Part shown: one piece after another, positions 8,676 through 18,850 of the stretch
How the letters are laid out: the number at the start of each line of letters is the position of its first letter
Numbering within the stretch: the stretch's first letter is position 1
NCBI GenBank assembly: GCA_051003195.1
Contig: JBPCLP010000046.1
Location: 1 to 61,917, forward strand
DNA length: 61,917 nt
Reading direction: 5' to 3'
DNA from: Candidatus Sumerlaeaceae bacterium
GTDB taxonomy: Bacteria > Sumerlaeota > Sumerlaeia > Sumerlaeales > Sumerlaeaceae
Program-made: the position numbers and the translations under genes
Notes under the pieces: generated by a model
Database searches by the model: none
Told to the model about the DNA's origin: nothing
What the model saw: only the letters and a program-made list of their open reading frames with translations

Positions 8676-9911
8676 ATGAAACGCCATGCAAAGCCGGAGC
8701 GCGTGGTGTATCTGTGTATGGATTCTGGAATCGCAGCGCTTGGGAATAAAGGCGCATCAGTACACGTGCGCTCGATCTGCGGCGCTCTTAGCTGTTCCGG
8801 ATGCGAAGTTTTTCTCCATTGCAACCGAGTCGGCGGCTTATTGTCGCAAACCAGATCGTTTGCGCGCCACTGTTACGAGCACAGAATTCCCGATTCATTA
8901 AAAAGACTCCAGCGGGACCTTCGCGACTTTTACGACGCTGAATTGCGCGTACCGGCGGAAACGCGGCAGGCAATGATCAACCGCGCTGTTTTACCGGAAC
9001 TGATAACAGCATGGCGCGAGCAAAAACCTGCGTTTGTGCTGGAGCGGTTGAGCCTGATGGGAGTGGCCGGTGTGCGTGCATGCACCGAGGTCGGAATTTG
9101 CCACATGCTGGAGGTCAATGCGCTTATGTCCGATGAGGCGCGGGCTTTTCGATCGCTCAGTGATTACGAAATGGCGCGCCGAGCGGAAAACGAGGTGCTG
9201 CGCAGCACCCGGCGAATTTTCTGCGTAAGCTGGGAATTGAAAGAGATGATAATCGCACGAGGTGTGGAGGCGCATCGTATTGAAGTGATGCCGAACGGAT
9301 ACAACGAGACTCTGTTTCGTCCGCGCTCCGGTGCGCCGCTCCGCCGTAAGCTGGCCCTATCAGATCACTTTGTTATCGGAATGGTAGGGTCTTTAAAGCC
9401 GTGGCATGGCGTGGGCGTGATGCTCGAATCAATGATGGCGTGGTCATCGCGCCGCAAAATGGCATTGCTGCTTGTCGGTGAAGGTCCGGAAACTCAGCGC
9501 GTGAATGCGTTCAAGGAGGAACACCCCGAGATACGGGTGGTACACAGGGGAAGCGTCCCGCACCACGAGATTCCGGCATATATCGCGGCTTGTGATATCT
9601 GTGCGGCGCCGTACGAGCACAGTGAGGCATTCTATTTTTCCCCGCTTAAAATCTACGAGTATCTTGCGATGGCCAAACCTGTTATCGCATCCGACCAGGG
9701 CCAGGTTCGTGAGATCATCAGCCATGGGCACAATGGCCTTCTTTTCGAGCCCGGAAACGCAGAGCAGTTTACGGCTGCCGTTGAACGGCTGCGCAGAAGC
9801 CCGAAATTTCGGGAGCGGCTCGCACGGGAGGGGCGCAAGTCTGTCAGCGGCCACACGTGGGGCCGCAATGCACGGCGCATTCTCGCTGCCGCCAAAGAAG
9901 AATGCGCATGA
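8676..9911 (+). CDS. Glycosyltransferase family 4
   Basis: GSLKPWHG, FSPLKIYEYLAMAKPVIAS. Confidence 0.92.
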   Translation: MKRHAKPERVVYLCMDSGIAALGNKGASVHVRSICGALSCSGCEVFLHCNRVGGLLSQTRSFARHCYEHRIPDSLKRLQRDLRDFYDAELRVPAETRQAMINRAVLPELITAWREQKPAFVLERLSLMGVAGVRACTEVGICHMLEVNALMSDEARAFRSLSDYEMARRAENEVLRSTRRIFCVSWELKEMIIARGVEAHRIEVMPNGYNETLFRPRSGAPLRRKLALSDHFVIGMVGSLKPWHGVGVMLESMMAWSSRRKMALLLVGEGPETQRVNAFKEEHPEIRVVHRGSVPHHEIPAYIAACDICAAPYEHSEAFYFSPLKIYEYLAMAKPVIASDQGQVREIISHGHNGLLFEPGNAEQFTAAVERLRRSPKFRERLAREGRKSVSGHTWGRNARRILAAAKEECA

Positions 9912-11143
9912 GTCTAGGTATCGCCTATCTTCTACTGGAATGGCCGAGATACAGCGAGACTTTCATTTTAAACGAGCTCCTTGCCCTCGCTCCGCACGGC
10001 CAGCCCATTCACATCTTCTGCATTCAGCAGAGTGGCGAGACACAAGTGCCGCAGGAGTTTGCGGCAAAAACAGAGTTTCTTTCTGATGCATCAAGCAACG
10101 TGACCCTGTCCTCGAACGACGTGCTTTGCCTGCTGGAATCCAATCGTGGGATGCTTACTGCCGAAGTTCAGCGTGCTTATTCCCGATTCGAAGCGCGCGT
10201 TGACATAGATGATGTAGATAAGCGACGCCAACCATTATTCGCGCTCGCGTGCGCACTGCATCTTCTGAGCCGCTGCCGAGAATTGAAGATCACTCACGTT
10301 CATTGTCATTACGCGAACCTGCCAGTTATGGTGGCAGAAATCGCGTACAAGCTGGGGGGGGCTGCGTTCAGCTTTACGGGACACGCGAAGGACATTTTCA
10401 CCATGGAACCCGCACAGCTTGGGAAAAAGATAGCCGCGGCGAAATTCGCCGTGAGTTGCAGCGAGGCAGGCCGGGCGACCCTCGTGGGTGCTGCGGCGCC
10501 CGAACATGCCGACCGCATTCACCGGGTATACCACGGAATCTGGAATCGCGACTGGCAGGTCGAGAGGCAGCCACCGGGCGACGGGTTCCGGATCCTGGCC
10601 GTGGGCCGACTCACACCTAAAAAAGGCTTCTATACTCTGGTCCAGGCGCTGTCCATCCTGCGCGCACGTGGTATTGAAGTGACTGCCGAAATCATCGGAG
10701 AAGGCCGCGAACGCGACGCGCTGCTAAGCCTTGCCGATCGGTTGCGCGTGACTGATTGCCTGCAGCTGCCAGGCAAGCTTTCTCAGCAGCAGATACGCGA
10801 GCGATTCAAGAGTGTTTCCGTTCTTGTGCTGCCCTCGATCATTCTCGAATCAAACAACCAGGATGGTCTTGCCAACGCCCTGCTGGAGGCCATGGCAGCG
10901 GCAGTGCCTGTCATTGCATCAGACATACCTGCACTACTGGAAGTGGTGACGAATGGTGAAACGGGACTTCTGTTTCCATCGGGAAATGCCGAAGCCCTGG
11001 CTGACTCGCTGCAGGAGCTGTCTCGCGATCAGGTGCGTGGAGAACGTCTTGGCGCCGCGGCACGCGCCCGAGTTGCTCAGTTCGACTGCTCCATGGCTGC
11101 AGAACAACTAATGACTTTGTTCAGGCGCTATGTCACAGCGTGA
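9908..11143 (+). CDS. Glycosyltransferase family 4 (WcaL-like)
   Basis: WPRYSETFILNE, TGHAKDI, VGRLTPKKG, DGLANALLEAMA; ATGA overlap with the upstream gene. Confidence 0.92.
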   Translation: MSLGIAYLLLEWPRYSETFILNELLALAPHGQPIHIFCIQQSGETQVPQEFAAKTEFLSDASSNVTLSSNDVLCLLESNRGMLTAEVQRAYSRFEARVDIDDVDKRRQPLFALACALHLLSRCRELKITHVHCHYANLPVMVAEIAYKLGGAAFSFTGHAKDIFTMEPAQLGKKIAAAKFAVSCSEAGRATLVGAAAPEHADRIHRVYHGIWNRDWQVERQPPGDGFRILAVGRLTPKKGFYTLVQALSILRARGIEVTAEIIGEGRERDALLSLADRLRVTDCLQLPGKLSQQQIRERFKSVSVLVLPSIILESNNQDGLANALLEAMAAAVPVIASDIPALLEVVTNGETGLLFPSGNAEALADSLQELSRDQVRGERLGAAARARVAQFDCSMAAEQLMTLFRRYVTA

Positions 11144-13610
11144 GAACATTATCGACGGGCGCGAGCAGCCGAGTATCATATATTTATTAAAGATGTTTCC
11201 GAGGTTTTCGGAGACATTCATTCTCAATGAGATACTCGGGCTCGAGGAACTCGGATTCAGGGTTCATATCTATTCGCTAAAGAAGCCGAATGATGGCAAG
11301 TTCCACGCGCAGCTGGGGCGGCTCAAAGCCAAGGTGCGTTATGTGCCTGAGTATGTGCTGTACGCTCCCGGCCAGTGCGCGGGAGCATGGTGGCATATGG
11401 TTCGGCGGCGGCCGGCAGTTGTGCTTAGCACGTTTCTGGAAGCGCTTTTCGCCTTAAATATCTACGCGCTGAAGCGCTGGATTCAGGCACTGTGGCTGGC
11501 CCGTGAGCTTGAAGGCGATTCGCAAATCGGAGTCCATTGTCACTTTGCCCTGAGCGCACCACGCGTTGCTTATTTCCTAAAGAAACTGAACGGCAATTCG
11601 TTTACGTTCACCGCACACGCCAAGGACATTTACCTCAGGAATACGAAGGCTGGGTTGCTGCGCCGGAAAATCCTGGCATCACGCGGGGTTGTCACGGTAT
11701 GCGATTACAACCTGAAGTATCTCGCGTCAAAGCATGCTGCTGGTCTGGAAACGAAAATTCAGCGGATCTACAATGGCGTAGACCTCGACAGCTTCTCTCC
11801 ACCGGCGTTCGATACACGGCTGCCCAACCGTATTCTTTCCGTTTCGCGCCTTGTCGAAAAGAAAGGTCTGGATGTGCTTCTGCGCGCGTGCGCGATCCTG
11901 AAGGAGAGGGGCATTAGCTTTGAATGCCGGATTGTTGGAGATGGCGAATGCTCCCGCTCTCTGCATCAGCTCACGAAGGAACTGCAGCTTAATGAACACG
12001 TCCACTTCACGGGCGCATTGGCCCAGGAGCGGGTTCAGGAAGAACTGAGACAGTGCGCCCTGATTACTGCACCGTGCCTCGAGGCCTCCGACGGGAACCT
12101 GGATGCGCTTCCCACATCCTTACTGGAGGCCCTGGCAACCGGGACCCCGATCCTGAGCACCACCGTGACGGGCATCCCCGAAATCGTGACTTCAGGCGAA
12201 CAAGGGCTGCTGGTAAAGCCCAACAGTCCAGCCGAACTCGCTGATGCAATCGAGAGCCTTTTCAAGAACCCCGAACTTCGCCGCGCGATGTCGCAGAGCG
12301 GACGTTTGCGGGCGGAGCAGCGCTTTGATCGCAAGCAGGCAAATCGTCTGCTTGCGCAATTTCTACTTCGCGCGCATGGCACTGGCGAGCGTTCCCGTAT
12401 GCACGTCGGCTACGTTCTAACGGTTTTTCCGCGCCTTTCTGAAACATTTATTCTGCGGGAACTCCGTGAACTGGAGCGGCTGGGAGCCAGGTTAACCGTG
12501 TTTTCCCAGAAGCGGCCGATCGAACGTAAAGTGCATGCTGAGGCCGCTGATCTCCGGGCGCGGGTTGTCTATCTTTCGCCGTGGTGGCGTTGTGCATGGT
12601 CTGTTGGAGCGGCGCATATCGGTTTTCTATTTTCGCGGAACTGTGGATACCGCGCGGCTTTTAATTTTGTGCGCTCGCGTCCAAATGTTCCAAATCTGAA
12701 GAAGTTCTGGCGCGCAGCCCGGATTGCGCGGGAGGCTCAGCGCGCAGAAATCCAGCTTTTGCATTGTCACTTCCTGAGCTCAAATACCCGCCTTGGCCGC
12801 CTGGCAGCGCAAATCAGCGGCCTTCCTTATAGCGTTACGGCTCATGCAAAGGATATATACGCTTCCGGAATGAGCGATCGAGAGATGGCACGGCGGCTGG
12901 AAGAGGCTGCGTGTGTTGTGACCATTAGCCATGCAAATCAGCAATTCCTCGCAGGCAAGGCCCCACGCGGGCATATAGAAATGATTCCCAATTCCATCGA
13001 TCTGGCTGACTTTTCCTATTCACCGCACGGGTTCGACCAGCAACAGCCATTGCACATACTTGCGGTGGGGCGCCTTGTACCGAAGAAGGGATTTCACGTT
13101 CTTGTGGACGCGCTGCAGGAACTACGAAACAGAGGAATAAATTTTGAAGCACGAATTGCAGGTGACGGCGAAGACCGCGCGCGTCTGCAGCAGCTGATCG
13201 AGAGCAGGTCTCTAACCGCCAACGTTTTCCTGACAGGCGCGAAGACGCAAGATGAGCTTCGGCAGGATTACGCATGGACGAACGTGCTGGTGGTGCCATC
13301 TGTACAGGCGGAGGGCGGCGACGTTGATGGCGTGCCCGTTGTGCTGCTCGAAGCGATGGCACTTGGGGTCCCGGTAATTGCCTCGCGGATCAGCGGAATT
13401 CCGGAACTGGTGATCGACGGTGACACGGGGGTACTCGTAGAACCTGCCCAGCCAGCGCAGCTCGCGAAAGCACTGGAAGATTTAAGCAGCAGGGACCTAA
13501 GTGGCCTGACGCAACGCGCGCGGAACTTTCTTGAACGCAACCACGACATCCATTCCACCTGCACGCGCCTGCTTACATTGATGGAGCAGTCCGCAGGAGC
13601 CGCTGCGTGA
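11130..13610 (+). CDS. Tandem double GT4 glycosyltransferase
   Basis: Two complete units, each with FPRxSETFI, TAHAKDIY, RLVxKKG and LLEA motifs. Confidence 0.9.
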   Translation: MSQRENIIDGREQPSIIYLLKMFPRFSETFILNEILGLEELGFRVHIYSLKKPNDGKFHAQLGRLKAKVRYVPEYVLYAPGQCAGAWWHMVRRRPAVVLSTFLEALFALNIYALKRWIQALWLARELEGDSQIGVHCHFALSAPRVAYFLKKLNGNSFTFTAHAKDIYLRNTKAGLLRRKILASRGVVTVCDYNLKYLASKHAAGLETKIQRIYNGVDLDSFSPPAFDTRLPNRILSVSRLVEKKGLDVLLRACAILKERGISFECRIVGDGECSRSLHQLTKELQLNEHVHFTGALAQERVQEELRQCALITAPCLEASDGNLDALPTSLLEALATGTPILSTTVTGIPEIVTSGEQGLLVKPNSPAELADAIESLFKNPELRRAMSQSGRLRAEQRFDRKQANRLLAQFLLRAHGTGERSRMHVGYVLTVFPRLSETFILRELRELERLGARLTVFSQKRPIERKVHAEAADLRARVVYLSPWWRCAWSVGAAHIGFLFSRNCGYRAAFNFVRSRPNVPNLKKFWRAARIAREAQRAEIQLLHCHFLSSNTRLGRLAAQISGLPYSVTAHAKDIYASGMSDREMARRLEEAACVVTISHANQQFLAGKAPRGHIEMIPNSIDLADFSYSPHGFDQQQPLHILAVGRLVPKKGFHVLVDALQELRNRGINFEARIAGDGEDRARLQQLIESRSLTANVFLTGAKTQDELRQDYAWTNVLVVPSVQAEGGDVDGVPVVLLEAMALGVPVIASRISGIPELVIDGDTGVLVEPAQPAQLAKALEDLSSRDLSGLTQRARNFLERNHDIHSTCTRLLTLMEQSAGAAA

Positions 13611-15478
13611 GCGAATTGCGACGTATTCTGAACGCCCTACGCCCGGGCCGCCTCGTCCCGATCTTTCACTTCTTCAGTCCATATCTGCGTCCGCACCGCA
13701 AAGCCCTGTCTGCATCCGTCGCGCTCACTTTCCTGTCTGTGTGCCTGGTTGTGGCGCAGCCATGGCCGCTCAAGCTGGTTTTCGATTATATCCTGCACTA
13801 TAAACGGAAGCACGCTGAAACCCTTCCGTTTTATGATCTGTTCTCGGAAGACAAGCGTTCGGGAATGATGATCATCTGCGGCATGGTGCTCGGCATTGCC
13901 ATTGCCCGCGCGGTAATCGAGTATTTCCAGGTGCTGCTGACCACCAGAGTTGGGCAACGGGTGGTGCAGGATCTGCGCGCAGGCCTGTTTGATCATCTTC
14001 AGAAACTCTCAATCTCATTCCATACCCGCGCACGTTCCGGCGATCTTCTGATGCGACTTACCGGCGACATCAACCTGTTACGCGAGTTGCTGGTTGTCCT
14101 GATGATCACCCTGTTTTCCAACGTAATGATGATCGTACTGGTTCTCTCGGTCATGTTTTATCTGGACGTAAAGCTGACGCTGATCGCGCTCAGCATCATC
14201 CCTGCACTTGCATTTGTTACCGTCTACTTCAGTATACATATACGTCAGGCAACACGCCGGCAGCGGCGTAAGGAAAGCGAAGTCTCGGTGACGGCCCATG
14301 AAGCTCTCATCGGTATGCGCGTCATCCAGGCGTATAATCGTGAAGGCGCCTCGCGCAAGGTTTTCGAGCGCCAGAATCGGCAGAGTTTCCGGGAGGGAAT
14401 GCGGGCCGCCCGCATGGAGGTCATCGCGGCACAGTGGGTGGAGGTTCTGCTGGCAATTGGCACGATGCTGGTCCTCTGGTTTGGTGTAGAGCAGGCTCGC
14501 GGCGAACATCCGACGGGCACGCCAGGCGATCTCATCGTTTACTTCTTCTACCTTCGCGCGATCTACAAGCCGATTCGCGAATTCAGCAAACTGGGTACAC
14601 GCGCAGCAAAGGCAGGCGCCAGTGCCGAACGCGTCATGGAGATTCTGAAAACGGAACCCGATATCCAGGATTTTCCGGGTGCCGTGGCTGCTCCACAGTT
14701 CGGCGGACATATTGTGTTCGAGAACGTTTCGTTTGCCTATGATCCCGAGCACCCGATCCTGAAGAACGTCAGTTTCGAGATCATGCCCGGTGAAACAGTG
14801 GCGCTCGTTGGTGCAAGCGGCGCAGGCAAGAGCACGCTATGCTCGCTGTTGCTGCGCTTCTACGAACCCACATCGGGCCGCATAACGATCGACGGCGTGG
14901 ACGTCCGCGAATTCACGCTCCGATCCCTGCGGCGGCACATCGCCCTGGTTCTCCAGGAAAGCCTGCTTTTCGGCGCGTCAATTTACGAGAACCTGGCGTT
15001 CGGGAAACCCGATGCCAATGCCGCCCTGGTCCAGCGGGCAGCAAAGCGGGCACAGGCGCATAAGTTCATCATGAAGATGCCGGACGGCTACGATACCGTT
15101 ATTGCAGAGCGTGGACTTTCCTTATCCGAAGGCCAGAAACAGCGGCTGGCGCTTGGGCGCGCATTCCTGAAGCGCGCTCCGATTCTGATCCTTGACGAGC
15201 CGACCTCCAACGTTGACGTGCGCAGCGAGCGCTCCATCATTCGCGCTATTAAAAAGCTTATCGAAGGCACCACAACCATTCTCGTAACTCACAATATTAA
15301 GATGATTCATTTCGCGGATCGTATCCTGGTGATCGAGGAAGGTGAGCTTGTTGAAAACGGCACGCATCATGACCTGATGAAGAAAGACGGACGGTACGCG
15401 CGCATGATCGGAATGCAGACTGACCTCGGAACAGCGGGACCGCTCGGGGGGGAGCATGAGCTCGAGCGGGGCGGATAA
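13607..15478 (+). CDS. ABC exporter, fused TMD-NBD (MsbA/PglK-like)
   Basis: TM helices, GASGAGKST, LSEGQKQR, ILILDEPTS; GTGA overlap. Confidence 0.93.
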   Translation: MSELRRILNALRPGRLVPIFHFFSPYLRPHRKALSASVALTFLSVCLVVAQPWPLKLVFDYILHYKRKHAETLPFYDLFSEDKRSGMMIICGMVLGIAIARAVIEYFQVLLTTRVGQRVVQDLRAGLFDHLQKLSISFHTRARSGDLLMRLTGDINLLRELLVVLMITLFSNVMMIVLVLSVMFYLDVKLTLIALSIIPALAFVTVYFSIHIRQATRRQRRKESEVSVTAHEALIGMRVIQAYNREGASRKVFERQNRQSFREGMRAARMEVIAAQWVEVLLAIGTMLVLWFGVEQARGEHPTGTPGDLIVYFFYLRAIYKPIREFSKLGTRAAKAGASAERVMEILKTEPDIQDFPGAVAAPQFGGHIVFENVSFAYDPEHPILKNVSFEIMPGETVALVGASGAGKSTLCSLLLRFYEPTSGRITIDGVDVREFTLRSLRRHIALVLQESLLFGASIYENLAFGKPDANAALVQRAAKRAQAHKFIMKMPDGYDTVIAERGLSLSEGQKQRLALGRAFLKRAPILILDEPTSNVDVRSERSIIRAIKKLIEGTTTILVTHNIKMIHFADRILVIEEGELVENGTHHDLMKKDGRYARMIGMQTDLGTAGPLGGEHELERGG

Positions 15479-16793
15479 GCAATCCGGCATACCAGCCGGG
15501 ACTCTGCCAGAGTTCCTTTCCATGGCTTTCGATTCCAGGCTGCTCAGCACCCTCTTATCCCCGCGCCTGGCCTCAGGCGTAACCATAAGCGCCGTTGTTC
15601 CGCAGCGTGCTCATCTTACCAAGGATGGACGGCTGATGGTTGCCTATCGGGTGCAACTGTTTCATCCGAGAACCGGGTTAAGCGAAGTGCCGGTGTTTCT
15701 CCATAACACAACTCAGTCACGAATACCATCCGCCAGGATATATCGTGATGCCGCGGGAGAGGTTCCCGGCGAACGCGATCGGCTTATCCGGCGCCTTTAT
15801 ATCAAAGCCGGGCCCGCGAGTTTCCTGTCCGTCTTCCCGCTGGATCCGGAACTGCGCACTCCAATCCGCCTTCTCAGGCCCGCCGAGCTGATCGAATGTT
15901 ACAATGCAGAATTAAAGCTCTCGGGTAGTGAAACGGCCACGGCTGTCGAAATGAAACTGCTCGGCTACCGCCCGGAACGGCGGGCCATCCTCAAGGTGCG
16001 GGCGCTTGCGCTTGCAACCGAGCGCACTATCATCGTCAAACTTTACCGCAGATCCGAGGCCGGGCGCATCTGGAACATGTGCAACGCGATTGCCCCGCAG
16101 ATCAACCACCTTTCCGGAGTAACACGTCCACTTGCGCATTCGCCGGAATACGGCGCGCTATCGTATGCATTCCGCGGAGGAGAAACACTGCACCATCTCC
16201 TGGAGCAGGGCTGGGCCACTCACCAGGATCTGCACCAGGCCGGGCAGTTACTACGACAGTTCCACACGTCCGTTTCCGCATACGACGTCCCCCGGTTAAG
16301 CCTGCGTACGTTTACATTTCGCGATGAATGGGAAATCCTGAACCGCTGGCGCAGGTTTCTGAAGCACAGCGGCAGCCCTCATGCGGGGCTCGTTGCAAAG
16401 TATGTTCGCATACTCAGCCCGGATACCGTAACGGCGCCTGGCCCCGACGCGCTCGTTCACAGGGATTTTTACCCGAAGCAGCTTCTCGTGCACCCATGGA
16501 CACGCGATCTCTCGCTCATTGATCTCGACACAACCGCGTTCGGCCCGGCCGCCCTGGATGTTGGGAACTTTTTTGCACACCTGCACCTGCATTCCGCGCA
16601 TGCGCCTTCTTCCATGAATAGCAGGCGCGCGTTTCTCGAGGGTTATGGAACCATTTCGGAAAAGGATGTCTGCCTGTTTGAGCTTACCTCGGTGGTTCGC
16701 ATCTTCTGCCTCGCCATAGTCAGTCCTCCCGTTCCCGGGTTGCTTGAGCAACTTCGAAACACGGCACGCGGACTGGAGCGGTCCTTCGAATGA
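15456..16793 (+). CDS. Aminoglycoside-phosphotransferase-like kinase
   Basis: IIVKLY, LVHRDFYPKQ, LIDLD, DVGNFFAHL. Confidence 0.85.
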   Translation: MSSSGADKQSGIPAGTLPEFLSMAFDSRLLSTLLSPRLASGVTISAVVPQRAHLTKDGRLMVAYRVQLFHPRTGLSEVPVFLHNTTQSRIPSARIYRDAAGEVPGERDRLIRRLYIKAGPASFLSVFPLDPELRTPIRLLRPAELIECYNAELKLSGSETATAVEMKLLGYRPERRAILKVRALALATERTIIVKLYRRSEAGRIWNMCNAIAPQINHLSGVTRPLAHSPEYGALSYAFRGGETLHHLLEQGWATHQDLHQAGQLLRQFHTSVSAYDVPRLSLRTFTFRDEWEILNRWRRFLKHSGSPHAGLVAKYVRILSPDTVTAPGPDALVHRDFYPKQLLVHPWTRDLSLIDLDTTAFGPAALDVGNFFAHLHLHSAHAPSSMNSRRAFLEGYGTISEKDVCLFELTSVVRIFCLAIVSPPVPGLLEQLRNTARGLERSFE

Positions 16794-17728
16794 GCAGACT
16801 CCAGCTTCCCAAACCGGTCCTCGATGAAGCCGCCGAACGGGAAATATGGCGCCTGATGGGAAAAGGGTTTGAACCGAATCGATGGCGGCCTGACTTTGAC
16901 GAGTGGACACAGAAACGGCTCTGGGCAGAAAAGCATCAGGGCCGCATGCTGGATACGCTGGAGCGCTGGACAGGGCCTATCCGTGGTAAAAGCGTTCTGG
17001 ACCTGGGCACCGGCCGCGGCGGGCTTGCCGTCGCGCTCACGCTCGCGGGCGCAACGGTTACAGCAGTCGATCTGCGCCAGCGGAACCTGAAGATTCTCCG
17101 CCTCCGCGGCGCACGGTACAGTCTCGCAGTCCACTCCGCTCGATGCATGGGCGAAACTCTCCCCTTCCGAAATGGCTCCTTCGATCTTGTTATCTGCAAA
17201 GACGTAACGGAGCACTGCCGCAGTCCGCGCGACCTACTCCGGGAAATCGCAAGGGTGCTCGCGCCCGGTGGCAAAGCGTACGTCACATTCATCAACCGGT
17301 TCGCCTGGATCGACCCTCACTACCGGATTGCCGGGATCAATTTTCTGCCGCGATTTGTCGCGGAAGCGATTATCCGCTTCCGCGGCCGCGTGAAAGACAA
17401 TATTCGCGACCTGCAACGTTTGTCCGATATGCATTACTTTACACGAGCCGCCGCCAGGCGTCTCACTCACTCCTGTAATCTGGAATACCACGACGTTACT
17501 GAAGACAGGCTGCGCCTGACAACCGATGTTCTCGTTCGACAATTTCGGCGTGCCAGCTACCCGATTATATCATCTGGAATTGGCACACTGGAGGCAGTGC
17601 TTGCAATGCGCGATAAAGCGATCCAGCGTGACGTGCACGAAGCCGGCAGGCCGACTCCAGAACCAGTTGAGTTATTCAGTCCTCACACAAGCTTCGGTGG
17701 AAGGCACGGCAGGTTCCTCTTCACGTGA
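16790..17728 (+). CDS. Class I SAM-dependent methyltransferase
   Basis: VLDLGTGRGG, LPFRNGSFDLV, RVLAPGG; ATGA overlap. Confidence 0.9.
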   Translation: MSRLQLPKPVLDEAAEREIWRLMGKGFEPNRWRPDFDEWTQKRLWAEKHQGRMLDTLERWTGPIRGKSVLDLGTGRGGLAVALTLAGATVTAVDLRQRNLKILRLRGARYSLAVHSARCMGETLPFRNGSFDLVICKDVTEHCRSPRDLLREIARVLAPGGKAYVTFINRFAWIDPHYRIAGINFLPRFVAEAIIRFRGRVKDNIRDLQRLSDMHYFTRAAARRLTHSCNLEYHDVTEDRLRLTTDVLVRQFRRASYPIISSGIGTLEAVLAMRDKAIQRDVHEAGRPTPEPVELFSPHTSFGGRHGRFLFT

Positions 17729-18715
17729 GCCGCGCCGCACCAACGACATTCCCATCAGATACGGGAGAATAGGGACCTCTAAAGGCATATCGAACCCCGG
17801 CACTCGAACAAGGTTCATTAACACAAATGCAAATCCGCCCCATACCCACACTGCCGCAAGCCATCGAGGTGAGAATCCAACGTTCAGCAATGCGGCACCA
17901 TAGCCGGAGATTGCCAGATATGCGAGCACGAGGTAGATTCCAAAAAAGGAGCTCGCCCAGCTTTTTAGCAACGCGTATGCTTCGGGCGCTGTTCCGGTCT
18001 GTCGCAGTTGTTCTGCTGCCAATTGTGTCGCAGTGACGCGAAACGCCAGGTATGCAATCCAGAAGACCGAGGCGACCACAAATCCGACATGGGCGATTCC
18101 CCCAAACAACCGCTCACCGCATCCAGACAAGTGCAGCCTCATTAGAGTCATTCCCGCGAGCATAATGAGCCCCCCGACGGCAAAACAGCCGTTGCTCCAC
18201 AGGTGGTGGCCTGAATTCGCAGTCACCTTCGCCAGTTCCTCGCCCGGCCAGGTGGAAGCCCCGACCCAAACAATGGCGGCGCTCAGGACGAACATTCCGC
18301 CGGCTAAGCGTCCGTAGTTTTGTGCGACAGGCACGGTGGTTCGTTTCCAGGCGTGCAGAGCGAAAAGCGCTCCAGCAATCAGCAGCAGGTGCAGCAGCGA
18401 AATGAGAATCGTGGGCAGCAATGTGTTTTCAACCTGGTTAGTTCGCGCGAGAAGTGCGGAAACAACTTCGATCTGACCAAGGGACAGGACAAAGATAAGG
18501 CAGAGATATAGCTCGCTGAGACGGCGTATCCGGTTTCTCTCGCTGATGACCCAAGCTCCGCCAAGAGACAGCAGCAGAATCACGAGCGCGTTCGCCGCCC
18601 ATTCCTGGATCAAATTTCCTGCTCGAAGAGCCCCTGCGAATATCCATACAACAGGAATGAAGATTGGAATGAACCTGTGTTTTATCAACCTTTTCAAAGC
18701 ATGCGACATGCTCAT
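17672..18715 (-). CDS. Polytopic membrane protein of unknown function
   Basis: 347 aa with about 9-10 hydrophobic segments. Confidence 0.7.
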   Translation of the reverse strand: MSMSHALKRLIKHRFIPIFIPVVWIFAGALRAGNLIQEWAANALVILLLSLGGAWVISERNRIRRLSELYLCLIFVLSLGQIEVVSALLARTNQVENTLLPTILISLLHLLLIAGALFALHAWKRTTVPVAQNYGRLAGGMFVLSAAIVWVGASTWPGEELAKVTANSGHHLWSNGCFAVGGLIMLAGMTLMRLHLSGCGERLFGGIAHVGFVVASVFWIAYLAFRVTATQLAAEQLRQTGTAPEAYALLKSWASSFFGIYLVLAYLAISGYGAALLNVGFSPRWLAAVWVWGGFAFVLMNLVRVPGFDMPLEVPILPYLMGMSLVRRGSREEEPAVPSTEACVRTE

Positions 18716-18850
18716 AGCGGCCTCCCGGCGGTTTTGACGAGTTCGTTGAAGAATTGAATGAGCTCGCCTAGACGGATATTTCCTTCAAAGAAAAACAAGA
18801 CGCTGTCAGAAAGAAGCACGGTATGCACATGCTATGATTTCCAGCTACGA

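Noticed and set aside
15118..15141. LSEGQ instead of LSGGQ as evidence of an inactive ABC exporter
   Set aside because: Walker A/B, D-loop and H-switch are intact, and signature variants occur naturally.
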